A stretch of 64,000 bases of DNA from Myxococcota bacterium (GTDB lineage Bacteria > Myxococcota > XYA12-FULL-58-9 > JABJBS01): assembly GCA_036339465.1 (NCBI GenBank), contig JAYZAY010000030.1, positions 1 through 64,000 on the forward strand, read 5' to 3'. Below are positions 1 through 9,320 of the stretch, piece after piece; positions within the stretch are counted from its first letter, which is position 1, and each line of letters opens with the position of its first letter. Made by a program: the position numbers and the translations under genes. The notes under the pieces were generated by a model. That model was not told the origin of the DNA. It worked only from the letters and a program-made list of their open reading frames with translations, and did not search any database.

Positions 1-534
1 GTTGGTCTCTATTAAGTTAGGGTCGGGCACCTTGGATTGCTTCAGAAAAACATTTCGTTATTTTATTGCTTTGGCATATTTCGAGGCAGAGGTGACAAAT
101 GCGGGTTCCCTATTTGCAACGACTCGGTCAATGAATCTTCGTCGTTGCTCGGGCTGCCCCCTCGCTATCCTCAGGTCTTCGGGGAAAAACGCGACAACAT
201 TGATGAGTTCAAGAAGTTTTGAAGCCTGCCTTAGAACCCTGCCATCAACTTTCATTCCTCGCCGTTTGGACCCAAGAATCACCTCGATATCATGACGTAC
301 ACCCTGCCGAACAAATCTCGCGCGAATCACACCGCTGTCTTTTCCATGATGTAGAAGTTGGCTTGGGAGGGCATTGCGGAAGGAGCGTCCGGTAGCACAA
401 ACATAGAGTGCCTCAAGAATATTGGTTTTTCCTTGGGCATTATCGCCTTCGAGAATAAGGATATTGGGTTCGAGATTTAAACTTAGATTCGTTAGATTTC
501 TAAAATTGCGGGCTTCTAGGTATTCGATAAACAT
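1..534 (-). CDS. recF: DNA replication/repair protein RecF, N-terminal part; interrupted by an in-frame TAA at 58-60, with the frame continuing off the window
   Basis: N-terminal NFRN motif, Walker A GDNAQGKTN, GRSFR and G.PEQRRRFID. Past the stop the same frame reads RNVFLK, matching the RecF QRNALLK motif. Located directly downstream of dnaN. Confidence 0.93.
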
Positions 535-553
535 CTAGGAAATCTAAATTGTC

Positions 554-1666
554 TTAAATTCGTACCGGCATAACGACGGCGAGAAAACCTTCATCTTCTT
601 CCGGTTTTAGAATTCCTGGAGAGAGGTCGTCTGTTAGGTGAAGAACAACCGTATCTGAATTGATTAAAGCTAATGCATCCAACAAATATCTCGCATTAAA
701 ACCAATAATCATTGGTTCTTCTGAGTATTCGATTTCAATCTTTTCGTTTGCATCGCCAAATTCCGGATCTTCAGCGATCAGATTCATGCCACCATTTTCT
801 ATAGCCAGTTTAACTCCATAAGCCCTGCCTTGCGAAAGCAATGAAACACGCTTGAGAGCCTCTGAGAAGTGCGATCGAGATAAACGAATACTTCGGGTTG
901 TCTCGCTCGGAACAACTTGCTGATAGTCTGGAAATTGGCCCTCAACTAATCTTGTAGAGAGAGTCATGTCCCCTACATGAACAACCCCATTCGTGGTCGA
1001 AAAACCAAGGGCAACAGATGTGGGGTCCTCTATATCTCCAAGTATCCGTCGAAGCTCTTGAAATCCCTTCCTTGGAACAATGACGCCGTCTGCAAGATTG
1101 AGGTCCCCATCAAGATTTTTCTCTGCCATAGCTAAGCGATGGCCATCGGTTGCCACCATGCGAAGTCCACCGTTTTCTTTACCTTGGCAAAACACCCCAC
1201 TAAGGTTGTGGCGGTTATCGTCGGTTGAAACACAAAATAATGTGTGTTCAATCATGTACTTAATTTCCCCAGCGGGGCTGGTAAAAGTATCAATCGTACC
1301 TGTGTTGGGTAACGCTGGGAAATCGTCTGGCTTCATGCCAACCAAACGAAATCTACTGGCCCCAGATCTAACTTCGAGCCAGTAATTGTCCTGTAAACCC
1401 AATGTAATTGTGCTGTGCCCGAGTGACTTCACGATTTCGTAGAGTTGTTTTGCATGGATAGCAACGGAACCAGGTTCTTCAACCTCGGCTTTATACCGAC
1501 CGATAAAACCTATATCTAAATCAGTTGCCGTTAATTCCAGCGAACCGCCTTCTTCAGCGCGAATAAGCACATGTGCCAAAATCGGCATGCTGCTTTTACG
1601 GGCTGCAATGCCTTGAACTCGATAAAGAGCTTGTCCAAGCTCCATGGAATCGATTTTGAAACGCAT
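554..1666 (-). CDS. dnaN: DNA polymerase III beta sliding clamp
   Basis: LTATDLDI, MVATDGHRLA, RLVEGQFPDY, IGFNARYLLD and C-terminal VVMPVRI. ATG at 1666 preceded by GAGG (ORF track starts at 1675). Confidence 0.98.
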   Translation of the reverse strand: MRFKIDSMELGQALYRVQGIAARKSSMPILAHVLIRAEEGGSLELTATDLDIGFIGRYKAEVEEPGSVAIHAKQLYEIVKSLGHSTITLGLQDNYWLEVRSGASRFRLVGMKPDDFPALPNTGTIDTFTSPAGEIKYMIEHTLFCVSTDDNRHNLSGVFCQGKENGGLRMVATDGHRLAMAEKNLDGDLNLADGVIVPRKGFQELRRILGDIEDPTSVALGFSTTNGVVHVGDMTLSTRLVEGQFPDYQQVVPSETTRSIRLSRSHFSEALKRVSLLSQGRAYGVKLAIENGGMNLIAEDPEFGDANEKIEIEYSEEPMIIGFNARYLLDALALINSDTVVLHLTDDLSPGILKPEEDEGFLAVVMPVRI

Positions 1667-1764
1667 AAGTAACAACCTCAGATACTGCTCGTGTTCTTCT
1701 TGACTTCAAGCGTGTCTATCAAGGCTCGAAAAAGGTGTCAAAGTGTCTCGGGATTAAGCGAAGA

Positions 1765-2240
1765 TTCTTTCTTATTAGTTCTAATATATAAAGAATAGAA
1801 TAATAAGAATAATAGCCTGTGGATATGTGGATATCGGACCTAAGTCGCTGGTCTGTCGATGTAAATAATTGTGGTTTCATGTGGGATATCTTCGTGTACA
1901 AAAAGTGGGTAAGTTGCGACTTAGTTAATCACCGTTTAATCCACAGGCTAATCCAGGGGGTTAGTCACAGTTATTCACGGGTTATCCACAGTTGATAAGT
2001 GTTTAATATTATTACTGATTAGTAAAAAGTGAAACGATAACAGCCAGTTATAGAAGTATTTCTTAGAGGATTTCTTCGGAAGTCCAATAACTATATAAAA
2101 TTGTGGATAAACGGTTTTGTTAAGTTAGTCCGGTGAGAATATTGTCATTTGTGGCTTTTATTTGAGGAAATGTTCTGCCGCGAAAAGCGGTGGTTTAGGA
2201 TGGTACGGTGAAAATTGTAATGGCTCTGTGGATTGTGATT
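1765..2240. promoter_or_regulatory. oriC: Replication origin oriC (dnaA-dnaN intergenic)
   Basis: Perfect DnaA boxes TTATCCACA 1982-1990 and TGTGGATAA 2102-2110. Near-matches TGTGGATAT 1818-1826 and 1826-1834, TAATCCACA 1937-1945, TTAGTCACA 1961-1969, TTATTCACG 1971-1979 and TGTGGATTG 2227-2235. AT-rich tract 1765-1815. Confidence 0.9.
1798..1834 (+). promoter_or_regulatory. Basal unwinding module: DnaA-trios plus tandem DnaA boxes
   Basis: GAA TAA TAA GAA TAA TAG (1798-1815), CC spacer, then TGTGGATATGTGGATAT. Same layout as the B. subtilis DUE. Confidence 0.75.
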
Positions 2241-2333
2241 TTACTGTATTCAAGGTTGAGAAAAGCGGTAAAGCGGCACCAACAGCGAAATTTGGATGAA
2301 ATCCATATCTTGGTATGGAAGTTTTGCGATTGG

Positions 2334-3740
2334 CTAACTGGCGATGACGTCCAATTGGCGCTCTAGGTCGGATATTTGACTTCTGATTGAAGGGTCGTCT
2401 TTCAGCATAGAGTCGACGCGCTTGCAGGCGCTCATCACCGTTGTGTGGTCTTTTTTACCGAAGCGTCTTCCTAGGTCTGGGAATGATGAACCAGCATGTT
2501 TCCGACACAGATACATGGCGATTTGACGTGGACGTACGATTGCTTGTTGTCGACCCCGACTTTTCAGGTCTGACACTTTAACCTGAAAATAGTTGGCTAC
2601 GATTTTTTGGATTGATTCAATGGTTAATTGAGAAGATTGTCCGGGGAGAATGTCCGCGAGGACGCGTTGGGCGTGAGCTTCGGTAATTTTTGCACGTGTT
2701 AGAGAAGAATGGGCCATGACTCTTAGCAGGGCACCCTCTAATTCCCTGACGTTAGTTTTGATGTTTTTCGCGAGATAAAATGCGACCCCATCGGGTAGGT
2801 CTATCCCCTCTTTTGAGGCTTTTTGCCTTATGATAGCGACGCGGGTTTCTATTTCGGGAGGATGAATGTCGGCGATAAGACCCCATTGAAAACGATTTCG
2901 AAGACGCTCTTCAATTTTCGGTAGTTCGTGTGGAAGTTTATCGCTTGTTAATACTATTTGTCTTTGAGAGTCATAGAGAGTGTTAAAGACATGGAATAGT
3001 TCGTGTTGTGTGCGCTCTTTACCGGCTAAGAGTTGAATATCGTCGATCAGAAGAAGGTCAGCTTCTGCTCGATATTTGTTCCTGAATTCCTCTAGTTTAC
3101 TGCCTAGAACAGCATTGACAACTTCATTTGTGAACTGCTCGGCGGTGATGTAGACGATTTTGGTGCTTGGGTTGTCGGCGAGTACGGAATGACCGATGGC
3201 TGTGAGTAAGTGGGTTTTACCGAGGCCGACACCACCAAATAAGAACAAGGGGTTATAGCTTTGGCCCGGATTCATAGCGACGGCCTTAGCTGCGGCAAGG
3301 GCAAATTCATTCGAGGGGCCGCAAACAAATTCCTTAAAGTGATATTTAGAGTTTAGTTTTTGGGATGGTAGCCGAAGATTTTGGTTAATTTTTTGTGACG
3401 TTAGACTGTGTTCTCGGGGCTCTTGAGGGGGCTCTTCTGGTTCTTCAGGTTCATTGGATTCTTTTGTATCGTAGAGGTCAGGCCGGATCTCCCAGTGTAT
3501 CTTTGGAGGTTGTCCCAAACGCGTTGCCACGGTCTTAGCGATAAAACCTTGGTAGTGGTCCTTGAGCCAGTCTCGTGCAAATTGGTCACGAACGCCCAAA
3601 CGAAGAGAATCTGTTTCCTCGTCGATAAATTTAATTGGTCTTAACCATGTATTCATTACATGAGCTGAGAGCTGATCCTCAACCTCGGAAAGAAACCAGT
3701 TCCAAATCGACTCTTCATGGGCCATCAATGTCGTTTCCAT
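2334..3740 (-). CDS. dnaA: Chromosomal replication initiator DnaA
   Basis: YNPLFLFGGVGLGKTHL, LLIDDIQ, RLRNRFQWGL, NVRELEGAL, PRQIAMYL and DHTTVM motifs. Confidence 0.99.
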   Translation of the reverse strand: METTLMAHEESIWNWFLSEVEDQLSAHVMNTWLRPIKFIDEETDSLRLGVRDQFARDWLKDHYQGFIAKTVATRLGQPPKIHWEIRPDLYDTKESNEPEEPEEPPQEPREHSLTSQKINQNLRLPSQKLNSKYHFKEFVCGPSNEFALAAAKAVAMNPGQSYNPLFLFGGVGLGKTHLLTAIGHSVLADNPSTKIVYITAEQFTNEVVNAVLGSKLEEFRNKYRAEADLLLIDDIQLLAGKERTQHELFHVFNTLYDSQRQIVLTSDKLPHELPKIEERLRNRFQWGLIADIHPPEIETRVAIIRQKASKEGIDLPDGVAFYLAKNIKTNVRELEGALLRVMAHSSLTRAKITEAHAQRVLADILPGQSSQLTIESIQKIVANYFQVKVSDLKSRGRQQAIVRPRQIAMYLCRKHAGSSFPDLGRRFGKKDHTTVMSACKRVDSMLKDDPSIRSQISDLERQLDVIAS

Positions 3741-3751
3741 ATGTTTAAGTA

Positions 3752-3760
3752 TTATCCACA
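3752..3760 (+). promoter_or_regulatory. Perfect DnaA box immediately upstream of dnaA (autoregulation or second origin half)
   Basis: TTATCCACA about 12 bp from the dnaA start. A further near-box TGTGGAAAA lies at 4075-4083. Confidence 0.75.
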
Positions 3761-4296
3761 GTAGGGATATTACAATCTATGTGCCTGTTTTTATTTTAAA
3801 AAACTAAAACTAAACACAACCAATCAACATAGATATCCCCAGCCCTATTGGTTACTACTGGCTGAAGTCTTGTTTGTACAGTGTTGAAGTTAAATTCCAC
3901 CGATTTGACTAACACAAAGCTACATCTTGGCTATTCCACCCCGTTGATTGTCTAAGCTATTCCACGGCTTACGACGTGAGGTTATTTATGCGATTATCGG
4001 TTGTGTCGTCAAGTTTCGTAGCTTTTCAGATTTCACTTGAAATTGACAAAAGATCCGTGATCTCACGACCCTTGTGTGGAAAATGTTTTTTCGTTCTTAA
4101 CAAAGTGCGTTCAATAGGTTCAGATTTATGGCAACTTTACGCCAATTGATTGACAAGGATGCCTTCCTGCGCCATATGCCGAAGGGTTGAGCGATCAAAT
4201 TCGATCAATTGCGATTAAGGCAATGTGGTGAACTAGTGACATTGGCAATCAGTTACTGTTAAAGACCGTCGGGTTCAGAGAATCTAGGAGTAGAAA

Positions 4297-4452
4297 ATGA
4301 AACGAACTTATCAACCTAGTAATCGTCGCCGTGTTCGTAAGCATGGATTTCGTTCTCGCATGAAAACTGCGGCCGGTCGGGTGGTACTAAAGCGCCGCCG
4401 ATTGAAGGGCAGAAAACGACTAACTGTTACCACTGGCTCAAAACCAGCTTAA
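4297..4452 (+). CDS. rpmH: 50S ribosomal protein L34 (51 aa; not in ORF track)
   Basis: Manual translation [59 protein letters not shown]. Confidence 0.98.
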   Translation: MKRTYQPSNRRRVRKHGFRSRMKTAAGRVVLKRRRLKGRKRLTVTTGSKPA

Positions 4453-4460
4453 TTGGCTGG

Positions 4461-4817
4461 TTGCTGAATTTAACGGTGTTTCGTAGAGTTGGTTTAGAAG
4501 TAATTAGGTCTCGCAAAGACTTTCTCCAGGCGCAGAGGTTTGGTCGAAGGTACAGGGGATGTTACCTGACGCTCGTCGTCTATGGCGAGAGAGTTGGTGA
4601 AGCTTCTAGAGTTGGCTTTACGGTAAGCAAGAAAGTCGGTAATGCCGTCGTTCGCAATAGGGTAAAGCGAAGGCTGCGCGAGTTAACACGCACTAATGCG
4701 AGTCTCTATAAGGACGGCGCTGATCATGTCTTTATTGCTCGGCCTAGTGCGGCGTCCGTTCAGTTTAACGAATTGTCAGCAGATGTGGCATGTCTTCTCG
4801 AATCAATAAAAAGATGA
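4461..4817 (+). CDS. rnpA: Ribonuclease P protein component
   Basis: RVGFTVSKKVGNAVVRNRVKRRLRE (RNR motif); follows rpmH. Confidence 0.96.
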   Translation: MLNLTVFRRVGLEVIRSRKDFLQAQRFGRRYRGCYLTLVVYGERVGEASRVGFTVSKKVGNAVVRNRVKRRLRELTRTNASLYKDGADHVFIARPSAASVQFNELSADVACLLESIKR

Positions 4818-5059
4818 GTCTCTTGGCAAGGGCGCTAACGTTGCTCATTTGGGTTTACAGGCTGTCTTTATCCGGTTTACTTGGGGGACGGTGCCGTTTT
4901 TATCCATCTTGTTCTGAGTATGGGCTTCAAGCAGTTCGTAGTTATGGTGGAGTTGTGGGTTTCAAACTTGGTTTGAGTCGTATTTTGAGGTGTCATCCTT
5001 TCAATCGGGGCGGATATGACCCGGTACCTGAGAGTGGTTGCAGTAATGGGAACAACTGA
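4814..5059 (+). CDS. yidD: Membrane protein insertion efficiency factor YidD
   Basis: CRFYPSCSEY and RILRCHPFNRGGYDPVP. ATG 4814 overlaps the rnpA stop (ATGA). Confidence 0.95.
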   Translation: MSLLARALTLLIWVYRLSLSGLLGGRCRFYPSCSEYGLQAVRSYGGVVGFKLGLSRILRCHPFNRGGYDPVPESGCSNGNN

Positions 5060-6810
5060 TGAATGATTCTACGAAACCTGAGATGGGTGAACAGCAGCGA
5101 GTTTTACTGGCAATTTCACTCACATTTGGTGTTATTTTTGGGTGGCAGTATATGATGGGTGAATATCTTGCACCCGTTGTACAACCGGAATCGACGGCGT
5201 ATAGCTTCAAAGAAGGTGATATCCCACAGGGAGTCGCACTCGATGGAACTGGGGGTTCTGCAAAGGGAGCCAAGGACGTGGTGGGTGCGGGGTCCGATCT
5301 TGGTTATCGAGGAGTAAGAGCGCAAGCCCAAGGAAACCTGGATGAAAGTGGCACGATTGCTGTTGATTCTCCGCCGCCGATGATCACTAAAGTCGCGGAA
5401 AAAGCATACGCGGTCGAACATCCTAAGTTCAACCTGGTGTATTCGAATTCAGGACCTTCAATTTCGACACTGGAGCTTAAGGATTACGAGGAATCCCTGG
5501 ATGACAAAGAGCGGCAATTGGTTTCATTGGTATTGGGGAGTGAGGCGGGGAGACCCTCGCAGGCCCATTTCTCTTTTACGCTCGATGGGGAAAAGCTGAA
5601 CGAAACTTTTGAGGCGTCCGTTCCTAAACCAGACACGATTCAATTTACGGGTGAGCTAAAGAATCAGATTCGCGTAGAGATAGAGGCGACTTCGGGAGTC
5701 AATGATTTTGGAATCTACTACAAAGTAAAATTTCGTAATGTGGATAGTCTTGTGCACAATCTCAATGGGGTACTGGATCTCGCGCTGCCGATTCCGGAAG
5801 ATGAGAGTTCAATGTTTGCACCTTCAATGCAGATGTTCAATTCGTTATGCTTTGGTCCGGAGGGTTTGGAGCGATTTGAAGCTCAAGAGCTGGTGGAAAA
5901 AGGTGGGGTAAAGCTTTCCTCGGCGAAGTGGGTGGCAATCGATCGGCAGTATTTTGTGGTTGCGGTCCAGGGAGAACAAGCGCCAGTTGGTGAGGTGACA
6001 TGTGAAAGTACGGCGGATGAAAAGAGGTTAAGGGTCGGTCTTCAATTCATGAATCGTGCTTTGGCTCCGGGACAAGCGTCCACGTCAAATTTGATTTTCT
6101 ACGCAGGGCCGAAGAGGGTTGAGGATGTCGAGAAAGTTGCGAGCAGTTTTTCTCAAATTATTGATTATGATATTATGGGTATTCCCCTCGGCTTTATTGC
6201 TCGTCCCATGATTTATATGCTGAATTTCTTTCATCGAATGACTGGTAGCTGGGGGGGGGCAATTATTCTTCTCACGCTCTTAGTCAAGTTACTGCTGTTT
6301 CCGTTTACGTTTAAAAGTGTTGTTTCTATGCGTAAAATGCAGCTTCTGAAGCCCCAATTAGATAAAATTAAAGAGAAATTCCCAGACGACCGCGAGCGTC
6401 AGCAATTGGAGCAGATAAAAATATTTAAGGAAACCGGTGTGAATCCGTTGGGGGGCTGCCTTCCAATGCTTCTACAAATGCCGGTTTGGTTTGCACTTTA
6501 TCGTGCACTTTGGACGTCAGTTGATTTGTACCAACAATCCTTTTTATGGATTGTGGATTTAACAACGAAAGAACCATTTCCTTTTCTTGCGCTTACGCTT
6601 GGTGTACTGACTTTTGTTCAGCAGAAGTTGACTCCTACTACCATGGATTCTGATCAGGCAAAAATGATGATGGTTATGATGCCAATTATGTTAACTGTGT
6701 TTATGCTAGCATTACCGAGTGGTCTTGTTTTGTATATCCTTGTAAACAGTGTATTGACCATTATTCAACAGCTGGTTATCAACAAGCGCGTACCAAAATT
6801 AGCAACCTAA
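5059..6810 (+). CDS. yidC: Membrane protein insertase YidC
   Basis: N-terminal TM, large periplasmic domain, YAGPK, NPLGGCLPMLLQMPVWFALY, LPSGLVLY...QQ. Confidence 0.98.
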   Translation: MNDSTKPEMGEQQRVLLAISLTFGVIFGWQYMMGEYLAPVVQPESTAYSFKEGDIPQGVALDGTGGSAKGAKDVVGAGSDLGYRGVRAQAQGNLDESGTIAVDSPPPMITKVAEKAYAVEHPKFNLVYSNSGPSISTLELKDYEESLDDKERQLVSLVLGSEAGRPSQAHFSFTLDGEKLNETFEASVPKPDTIQFTGELKNQIRVEIEATSGVNDFGIYYKVKFRNVDSLVHNLNGVLDLALPIPEDESSMFAPSMQMFNSLCFGPEGLERFEAQELVEKGGVKLSSAKWVAIDRQYFVVAVQGEQAPVGEVTCESTADEKRLRVGLQFMNRALAPGQASTSNLIFYAGPKRVEDVEKVASSFSQIIDYDIMGIPLGFIARPMIYMLNFFHRMTGSWGGAIILLTLLVKLLLFPFTFKSVVSMRKMQLLKPQLDKIKEKFPDDRERQQLEQIKIFKETGVNPLGGCLPMLLQMPVWFALYRALWTSVDLYQQSFLWIVDLTTKEPFPFLALTLGVLTFVQQKLTPTTMDSDQAKMMMVMMPIMLTVFMLALPSGLVLYILVNSVLTIIQQLVINKRVPKLAT

Positions 6811-6842
6811 GTAATTGTCTTCATTAAGAATGGATTGATTCA

Positions 6843-7736
6843 ATGTCAGATGAACATCAGGAATTTTCGGGGCGGAGCACCGCCGAAGCAGCGATTAAGG
6901 CTTGTGAAGCCTTTGGAATAACACGGTCTCAGCTAGATTTCCGAGTTGTATCGGAGACGGGAGAAGGATTAGAACGAAAAGTTTTGATCAACGCTAAGGC
7001 TAAAGAAGGAGTTGAGGCGTCTAGCCAAGAAGAACCAAGAGGACCCAGGAAATCTAGGGGTGAAAGAGGGGGCCGTGGAGGAGAGCGCCGAGATAATCGA
7101 CGTGACGACCGAGGTGAAAATCGAGGTCGAGGTCGAGGGCGAGGGCCCAACAACTCCCGTGGAAGAGACCAGGCTAGCGAAAATGTCGAAGAGCTTCTTG
7201 AGTTGGCTCCGGCAGAGGAAGTTGTGGCTACAACTGCCGAAGTCGAGAATAAAGAAGAGAAAAACTATTCTGAGAGAGCCAAAGTCGCTATGGGGGTTCT
7301 TGAGGAGATCTTTAGGTTCTGCAAATTCGACATTAAGCCGAATCTTATTCATGACAAGCCCGATGAGCTTCAGATTGCGATGGTCGGACCCGATTCTCAA
7401 CGAATGATAGGTCCCCGGGGCGATACCCTGTTGGCAGCACAGTTTTTGGTAAACAGAATTGTCGCTCGTAAACTAGAAGGGGAACAGATGGTGGTGCTCG
7501 ACGCAGCGAATTACCGTGAGCGACGTATGAGTGCGTTGGAAGAATTGGCGGTTAAATTGGCACAAAGAGCGGAAAAGGACCAAAAGATTGTGCGGCTGAG
7601 CCCAATGTCTCCTCACGACCGTCGTGTATTTCACCAAACCTTGAGTGAAATAGGTGGGGTGCGTACCGAATCGCATGGAGATGGAATTTATAGAAATCTC
7701 CTTATCATCCCCTCAGCATACCAAGCGGCTAACTAG
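6843..7736 (+). CDS. jag: Jag/KhpB (EloR) RNA-binding protein: Jag-N, RG-rich linker, KH, R3H
   Basis: IGPRGDTL (KH GxxG) and PMSPHDRRVFH (R3H); canonical position after yidC. Confidence 0.93.
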   Translation: MSDEHQEFSGRSTAEAAIKACEAFGITRSQLDFRVVSETGEGLERKVLINAKAKEGVEASSQEEPRGPRKSRGERGGRGGERRDNRRDDRGENRGRGRGRGPNNSRGRDQASENVEELLELAPAEEVVATTAEVENKEEKNYSERAKVAMGVLEEIFRFCKFDIKPNLIHDKPDELQIAMVGPDSQRMIGPRGDTLLAAQFLVNRIVARKLEGEQMVVLDAANYRERRMSALEELAVKLAQRAEKDQKIVRLSPMSPHDRRVFHQTLSEIGGVRTESHGDGIYRNLLIIPSAYQAAN

Positions 7737-7799
7737 TTCTAAGGAATCTTGATCTTCATCGTGGGGAACTTTCGTAGTTTCCAGGGCATCGTTAAATTC

Positions 7800-8417
7800 A
7801 TGCGTAATCGTCAACTTCAGTTGTTTATTATCATCGCCGCTTTGGTGGCCATTTTGGACCAATGGACAAAGTGGTTGGCGATCGAGCATTTAACCCATGC
7901 GTTCTCTGCGCAAACATCGGGATTAGGTCCTGCCGAGAATTTTAGTGAACGGCTTGATCGATTTCTTTGGCTGACTCACCCACTCCGCAGTGGTTCGGTG
8001 GAAATTTTAAAAGATTTTTGGCATTTTCGTTACGTTGAAAATCCAGGTGCGGCGTTTGGCTTTTTGGCGAGTAGTTCTTCTAGCCTACGAACACCGTTCT
8101 TTTTAATTGTTACCATTTTGGCCATGGGTTTTGTGCTCATGATGTATAAGCAAAGCGAGCCGGAACAGCATCTTTTCAGAATTTCATTGGCCTTGGTATT
8201 TGGCGGGGCGATTGGCAATTTTCTGGACCGGGTTCGGTTGGGCTATGTTATCGATTTTATTGATTGGCATTGGTACAACGAATTTACCTGGCCGACGTTT
8301 AATGTCGCAGATGCAGGAATCTCTATCGGTGCCTGCCTTCTTCTTGTTGTAATGCTGCGTGAAGGTGTCGAGGGTTCGGATAAGGCTTCCGAGCCTCCTG
8401 CTCATAAGGAGGAGTAA
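7800..8417 (+). CDS. lspA: Lipoprotein signal peptidase (signal peptidase II)
   Basis: LDQWTK, NPGAAFG, GGAIGNFLDR, VIDFID, WPTFNVAD. ATG at 7800 preferred over the ORF-track start 7749. Confidence 0.96.
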   Translation: MRNRQLQLFIIIAALVAILDQWTKWLAIEHLTHAFSAQTSGLGPAENFSERLDRFLWLTHPLRSGSVEILKDFWHFRYVENPGAAFGFLASSSSSLRTPFFLIVTILAMGFVLMMYKQSEPEQHLFRISLALVFGGAIGNFLDRVRLGYVIDFIDWHWYNEFTWPTFNVADAGISIGACLLLVVMLREGVEGSDKASEPPAHKEE

Positions 8418-8422
8418 GCGCT

Positions 8423-9247
8423 ATGTACCCTGTTGTCTTTTCTACTGATCTTTTTGGACTTCTGGATAAACCATGGTCATTACATTTCTATGGGCTTTTG
8501 ATCGCGATTGGTTTTATGACGGCTATGTTGATGGCAAAGCGTCAAGCTGAGCGAGAGGGCGAGGATGGTGAGGAGATTGTTGATATTGCTTTCTATTTGC
8601 TCCTTTGGGGCTTGGTCGGGGCAAGAGCCATTTTTATTTTAACGCAGCTTGAACGATATATGAGTTCTCCACTGGACGTGCTGATGTTCTGGAAGGGGGG
8701 ACTTGTCTTTTACGGCGGAATTATAGGGGCTGCTTTTTACCTCATCTATTACAGCCGGCGATATGGTTTACCTTTCTTTAAGTTTGCGGATATTTTTGTA
8801 CCTTATTTAGCAATGGCAGCGGTGTTCGGGCGGATGGGCTGTTTATGTGCGGGGTGTTGCTTCGGCAAGCCAACCGATCTCTTTTGGGGAATCCAATTTC
8901 CGGTGGGTTCCATGGCCCAACATGCACATATGGGCGCGGGGCTAGTGGGAGTGGGGGATTTGTCTCTGGCGGTGCATCCTACGCAATTATACGAGGCAGG
9001 TGCTGAACTGGTTTTATTTGCTACTTTAGCTTGGGTTCGCGGCTTTAAAAGTTTTCACGGCCAATTACTGTTAATTTGGCTAAGTGCTTATTCAGTCATT
9101 CGGATTCTAATTGAGATAGTAAGAGGGGACAAAATTCGAGGTGTTTATCTCTTATCAACCTCTCAGTATATATCGATCGGAATCATACTTGTCGCCATTG
9201 GACTCCTCTTCCATTTTAGAAGAAAGAGTCAGGCGATCCTCAATTAG
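8423..9247 (+). CDS. lgt: Prolipoprotein diacylglyceryl transferase
   Basis: YGLLIAIG, GLVGAR, GGLVFYGG, GRMGC..AGCCFG, HPTQLYE, IE.VRGD. Confidence 0.96.
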   Translation: MYPVVFSTDLFGLLDKPWSLHFYGLLIAIGFMTAMLMAKRQAEREGEDGEEIVDIAFYLLLWGLVGARAIFILTQLERYMSSPLDVLMFWKGGLVFYGGIIGAAFYLIYYSRRYGLPFFKFADIFVPYLAMAAVFGRMGCLCAGCCFGKPTDLFWGIQFPVGSMAQHAHMGAGLVGVGDLSLAVHPTQLYEAGAELVLFATLAWVRGFKSFHGQLLLIWLSAYSVIRILIEIVRGDKIRGVYLLSTSQYISIGIILVAIGLLFHFRRKSQAILN

Positions 9248-9320
9248 AAAAATGACTAGAGTCCAGTTCGGCTCGGTTCTCAATTTGAGAAAAGTAAAAT
9301 ATGGATGATATCATGCTGTG

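Noticed and set aside
3918..3931. NrdR-box-like core CTACATCTTG upstream of dnaA (and CCATATCTTG near 2303)
   Set aside because: Flanks match poorly, and no properly spaced second box was found; NrdR sites are normally tandem.
7040..7170. Purine-rich quasi-repeats (CGAGGT/CGAGGG) in jag
   Set aside because: They encode the Arg/Gly-rich linker typical of Jag/KhpB and are not a DNA repeat element.
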